A stretch of 64,000 nucleotides of DNA, taken from positions 63,305 to 127,304 of the forward strand of contig JBKBRF010000001.1 of the NCBI GenBank assembly GCA_046292385.1, written 5' to 3'. The notes under the pieces were generated by a model that did not search any database, was not told the origin of the DNA, and was given only the letters and a program-made list of their open reading frames with translations. This stretch comes from Armatimonadota bacterium (GTDB lineage Bacteria > Armatimonadota > SYMT01). Positions 60,228 through 64,000 of the stretch are shown piece by piece. Both the position numbers and the translations under genes were made by a program. The number at the start of each line of letters is the position of its first letter. Position 1 is the stretch's first letter.

Positions 60228-60821
60228 ATGGGTCGCCGGCAGCTTGTCCGCTACGTTCTGGCCGTCCTGGTGGCGACCGTCCTCCTGCTCACGCCCGGTA
60301 ACGAGGCGCACAGCCAGCGAGAGTATGTCCGGCTTCTCCGCCCCAAAACGCTGAAGCAGCTCAGCGTCAACATGGTCGAGCTGGTGAACGAGCTGCCCCG
60401 GCTCGACAAGCAGAACGAAGCGATCGTGGGGCGCCTCTTCGCCCACGGGGGGCTCGACAAAGCAGAGCGTGGAAAGGATGGCGTCTGGCGGGCGAAGATC
60501 CGCGTGGAGCCGGCGTCGTTCCTCTGGAAGCCGGCGATCATCATGATGCGCGAGGAGGGCGAGTTGGAGCTGGAGTTCTCCAACAAGGATCCCTATACGC
60601 ATCACGCGGCGTACCTGCCGAGTAACGGGGACCAGGTGGTCCTCACCTTCGCCCCGGGGCAACGCGGTCGAGCCCGTATCCGGCTCGACGGTCCCGGCCT
60701 CTACTGGTTTGGCTGCCCGATCTCCAACCATGCCGGGCGCGGCATGCTCGGGCTGATTCTCGTCAGCGGTGAGGTTCCTGCGGAAGCAAAGCTCGATCGA
60801 CCGAAGCAGAAAAGACCTTGA
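60228..60821 (+). CDS. Exported cupredoxin-like PQQ-associated protein (MSMEG_3727-like)
   Basis: ATG 60228 with AGGAGG upstream; the track ORF from 59892 is over-extended. Signal peptide; type-1 copper ligands H...CPISNHAGRGM; 15 bp upstream of the PQQ dehydrogenase. Confidence 0.85.
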   Translation: MGRRQLVRYVLAVLVATVLLLTPGNEAHSQREYVRLLRPKTLKQLSVNMVELVNELPRLDKQNEAIVGRLFAHGGLDKAERGKDGVWRAKIRVEPASFLWKPAIIMMREEGELELEFSNKDPYTHHAAYLPSNGDQVVLTFAPGQRGRARIRLDGPGLYWFGCPISNHAGRGMLGLILVSGEVPAEAKLDRPKQKRP

Positions 60822-60836
60822 TTCTGGAGGCGTCAG

Positions 60837-62609
60837 ATGCGCGAGCTCTTTCGGGGCAAGGCCGGCCTGTGGGCCGGTTTCGCCGCTGTCGGACTACTAG
60901 GCCTGGGCGTCACCGGGATCGCCCAAATGCGGAGCGCGCCCTTGCGGCCTCCCGGTCAGACCGGCGAGCCGGCGAGTAACTTTTCCTCCAAGAAGGGCAC
61001 CGCGCCGCCGGTAGCGCAGGCCGTCACCTACGAGCGGCTGCTGCGTGCCCGGTCCGAGCCGCAGAACTGGCTCACCTACTATGGGGCCTACGACGGCCAA
61101 CGGTTCAGCGCCCTGGACCAGATCAACGCGAGCAACGTCAAGCAGCTCAAACCGGCCTGGGTGTTCCAATACGGTCAGATCGGCCTCACCGCCACTCCGG
61201 CTACGTACTCCTGGGAGGCAGCACCGCTTGTCGTGGATGGAGTGATGTATGTGTCCGGGTGGGACGGCCTGGTCTGGGCGCTGGATGCGGTCACCGGGGA
61301 TGTCCTCTGGCAGTACAAGCACGCCATCCCGCTGGATACGCCGCTCTGCTGCGGAAACGTGAATCGCGGCGTAGCAGTCGCCAGGGGTAAGGTCTTCGTC
61401 GCCACGCCGAACGGACGCCTGATCGCACTCGACGCCACCAACGGAAAGCCGGTCTGGACCCAGGTCTGGTGTGACGTGCGGGCCGGAGAGAGCGCCACCA
61501 TGGCGCCGCTGGTGGTGAAGAACCTGGTGCTGGTCGGAAGCTCCGGCGCGGAGTATGGGGTCCGAGGCCACATCGACGCCTTTGACCTCGACACGGGGCG
61601 TCGGGTGTGGCGGCGCTACAACGTTCCGAAGCCGGGAGAGCCGGGCGAGGAGACCTGGCCCAAGAAAGGGGATGCGTGGGCGCGGGGCGGCGGGACCGCC
61701 TGGATCACGGGCACCTACGATCCGGAGCTGGATCTGGTCTACTGGGGCACCGGCAATCCCGGGCCGGACTTCGACGGCGCCTCCCGGCCGGGCGACAACC
61801 TCTATACCAGCTCCGTCGTCGCCTTCGATCCCGACGACGGAAAGCTCCGGTGGCACTACCAGTGGACGCCGCACGACATCTGGGACTACGACGGGGTAAA
61901 CGAGAACATCCTGTTCGAGCAGGACGGGCGCAAGCTGCTTGCGCACTTCGACAAGAACGGCTATCTCTTTGTCCTGGACCGTACCAACGGCCAGTTCGTG
62001 CGAGCGACCAAGTTCGCGCGGGCTAACTGGGGCGATATCGATCCGGCGACGGGAAAGGTGACTGTCCGGCGTACCCCAAGCAAGGAGGGGTCGGAGATCA
62101 ATCCTGGACCTGCCGGCGCGAAGGAATGGCCGCACGCGGCGTATAGCCCCCGGACCGGCCTCCTCTATACGCCCGTCGTGGAGACGACCGCGCTGTTCAA
62201 GATCGGCCCGGTAGAGTTCAAAGAGAGCCTGCCTTATTGGGGAGGTGAGGCCCAGGTGACGGGGGACCACTGGGGAGCACTCAAGGCGTTTGACCCTGGA
62301 AACGGGCGCGAGGTCTGGTCGGTAAAGTACGACGGGCCGATGGTGGCCTCCGTCCTGGCCACCGCCGGGGACCTGGTCTTCACCGGTACGCCGACGGGCG
62401 AGGTAGTCGCCCACCACGCCCGCACCGGCGAGTGCCTGTGGCAGTTCCGCACCGGCAGCGGCATTCACAGCAATCCCACCACCTACAGCGTGGGTGGCAA
62501 GCAGTATTTGGCGGTGCCGACCGGCTGGGGTGGGTGGCTAGACGGCTTCGCGCCGGGTCTCTTCGGGCAGCCCCGGGGTAACTCGCTCTTCGTGTTCGCC
62601 CTTCCGTGA
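60837..62609 (+). CDS. PQQ-dependent alcohol dehydrogenase (methanol/ethanol family) with lanthanide-type motif
   Basis: 590 aa. Signal peptide, Trp-docking repeats, vicinal Cys pair LCCGNVNRG, YWGTGNPGP, RPGDNLY, WDYDGVNE. Confidence 0.93.
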   Translation: MRELFRGKAGLWAGFAAVGLLGLGVTGIAQMRSAPLRPPGQTGEPASNFSSKKGTAPPVAQAVTYERLLRARSEPQNWLTYYGAYDGQRFSALDQINASNVKQLKPAWVFQYGQIGLTATPATYSWEAAPLVVDGVMYVSGWDGLVWALDAVTGDVLWQYKHAIPLDTPLCCGNVNRGVAVARGKVFVATPNGRLIALDATNGKPVWTQVWCDVRAGESATMAPLVVKNLVLVGSSGAEYGVRGHIDAFDLDTGRRVWRRYNVPKPGEPGEETWPKKGDAWARGGGTAWITGTYDPELDLVYWGTGNPGPDFDGASRPGDNLYTSSVVAFDPDDGKLRWHYQWTPHDIWDYDGVNENILFEQDGRKLLAHFDKNGYLFVLDRTNGQFVRATKFARANWGDIDPATGKVTVRRTPSKEGSEINPGPAGAKEWPHAAYSPRTGLLYTPVVETTALFKIGPVEFKESLPYWGGEAQVTGDHWGALKAFDPGNGREVWSVKYDGPMVASVLATAGDLVFTGTPTGEVVAHHARTGECLWQFRTGSGIHSNPTTYSVGGKQYLAVPTGWGGWLDGFAPGLFGQPRGNSLFVFALP

Positions 62610-62893
62610 TGACGAGGTACCCTGACGTGGCTCCTGCCGAGTGCGCCAGGGTAGACTCCCCCGCCGATCTAAAGAGCAGCCTGCCTGGAGGATACCGGCC
62701 GTGGACTGCCCGGCCGCTCTCCGATAGACGGGGCGGCCGGGCGGTCCATTTCGGCGGACGCAATCGGCTGTTGCTGGACGGCCACGTGGAGTGGCTGCGC
62801 GACGTGCCGACCAATGAGAGCTTCATCCTCCGGAGGAGAATGCCGGGCAGCAACCGCTTAAAACGTCCGTTGAGGAACGGCGCGGTAGCTTGA
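62606..62893 (+). pseudogene. Probable remnant of a prepilin-associated H-X9-DG domain protein
   Basis: HFGGRNRLLLDGHVEW (from 62747) fits H-X9-DG-HV exactly. No prepilin N-terminus is present. Confidence 0.5.
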
Positions 62894-62970
62894 TGCGTGA
62901 GCGACTCGACAGTCATCCTCCCAGAGGAGCCTACTCCCTCACTTCAAACCAGTAACCGGGCGTGACTCGG

Positions 62971-64000
62971 CTACCGACGGCCGGCCCCGGAGGTCGAGGC
63001 AGAGGACAACTCACCAGCGGGACCCACCGGTCGCCAGGCCTCTACGTCGGGAGCGAGGCCCATCGGGCGGTAATACTCCGTGTCCAGGGTTCCGATCACC
63101 TGGGTCGCAGCACCGGCGGCGGCCAGAATCAGGACGTAGCCGCCGCCCCCCGCGCCCATCAGGCCGGCCCCTAGCACGCCAGGCGCGCGCAGGGCGGCAT
63201 CAACCAGGCGATCGACCTCTGCGATACTGGCGCCGTATGCCCCCGGCTCGTGCCGCAGCGGCAGGTCCATGCCGGCCGCGGAGCTCGCCACGCGCCGGTC
63301 CCAGTACGCGTCGGAGAGCCGCTCCTGACTTTCGGTGTAGACCTCGCCGTCGCGGAAGCGCCGGTCCCCGTCATGCGTGATGGTCATCAGTCGGCCGAAC
63401 TCCGCCATCGCAGCCGGATCCCCCCCATCGAGCAAGGCGGCCATCGCGCGGCCCCGGTCGACGCGGCCCAGGCCGAAGACTGCCGCCCCGCGGAGCGGGA
63501 TCTCGTCCGGGAGCGCCGACAGCTCGTCGGTTCCGAAACATCCGCGGGCGGCGGCGGCGAAGAGCCCGGGAAACTGCGCAGACAGCTCGCGACAGGAGAT
63601 CCCGACGGGGAGCGCCCGGATCAGCCGGTTCAGTACTTCCGGCTCCAGGCGACCGGTGTGCAGATCGCCCAGGCAGGAGCATTCACGGATCACTCCGTGC
63701 GGCAGGCCGAGCTCCTCCATCGCCCGCTTCAACGCGAGGAACGCGAACCGGTAAGCGAAAACACCCCGGTTGAACAACAGGCGCTGGGCGGCGCTCTTCT
63801 CACTTCGCACGCGAGAATTCGCCAGGATCAGCTCGTAGCCGTCCGGGAACCGGGAGTACTGCAGCTCCTCCACGCCGAGCGGTGCCCGGAAGCGGATATG
63901 CGTGAGCGCGCCGCGGCGACCGAGCAAGATGGCGGCGTGATCTCCGCAGCCGCCCCGGGTACCGACGTACCATTCCGCTTCGCCGGCCAGCTCGGCGGCA
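62971..64000 (-). CDS. GHMP-family (galactokinase-like) kinase, 5'-partial
   Basis: The frame stays open to the right edge (AEWYVGTRGGCGDHAAI...). C-terminal GHMP motif GVLGAGLMGAGGGG. Confidence 0.8.
   Translation of the reverse strand, partial: AAELAGEAEWYVGTRGGCGDHAAILLGRRGALTHIRFRAPLGVEELQYSRFPDGYELILANSRVRSEKSAAQRLLFNRGVFAYRFAFLALKRAMEELGLPHGVIRECSCLGDLHTGRLEPEVLNRLIRALPVGISCRELSAQFPGLFAAAARGCFGTDELSALPDEIPLRGAAVFGLGRVDRGRAMAALLDGGDPAAMAEFGRLMTITHDGDRRFRDGEVYTESQERLSDAYWDRRVASSAAGMDLPLRHEPGAYGASIAEVDRLVDAALRAPGVLGAGLMGAGGGGYVLILAAAGAATQVIGTLDTEYYRPMGLAPDVEAWRPVGPAGELSSASTSGAGRR

Noticed and set aside
60897..62468. 523-aa minus-strand ORF
   Set aside because: Antisense shadow of the PQQ dehydrogenase.

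Overview
GC-rich bacterial DNA. Positions 1-47513 (minus strand) hold the first part of a large myxobacterial/cyanobacterial-style hybrid type I PKS-NRPS cluster that runs off the left edge. In transcription order: TEII; ACP-KS-AT-cMT-ACP-KS-AT-DH-ER-KR-ACP; KS-DH*-ER-ACP-KS-KR-ACP; KS-AT-oMT-cMT-KR-ACP; KS-DH-KR-ACP; Cy-A(Cys)-Ox-PCP; KS-DH-cMT-ER-KR-ACP; KS-AT-DH-cMT-KR-ACP-KS.... Four of the eight complete PKS modules have lost their AT core, and no free-standing AT is visible in the window. Every KR that shares a module with a C-methyltransferase has His instead of the catalytic Tyr. The genes also carry GRINS-like skewed and repeated tracts. Upstream and co-oriented are a small basic protein / ABC1(UbiB)-family kinase / small basic protein trio and an RND pump. 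The right end holds a candidate Rrf2 mini-regulon: two matching GAGGA-N8-TCCTC palindromes flank the regulator. One precedes a DoxX-like/membrane/GH1-DUF362-fusion operon, the other a cupredoxin plus a PQQ alcohol dehydrogenase with the lanthanide-type DYD motif. An H-X9-DG remnant and a truncated GHMP kinase close the window. All family calls come from reading motifs by eye; no searches were run.
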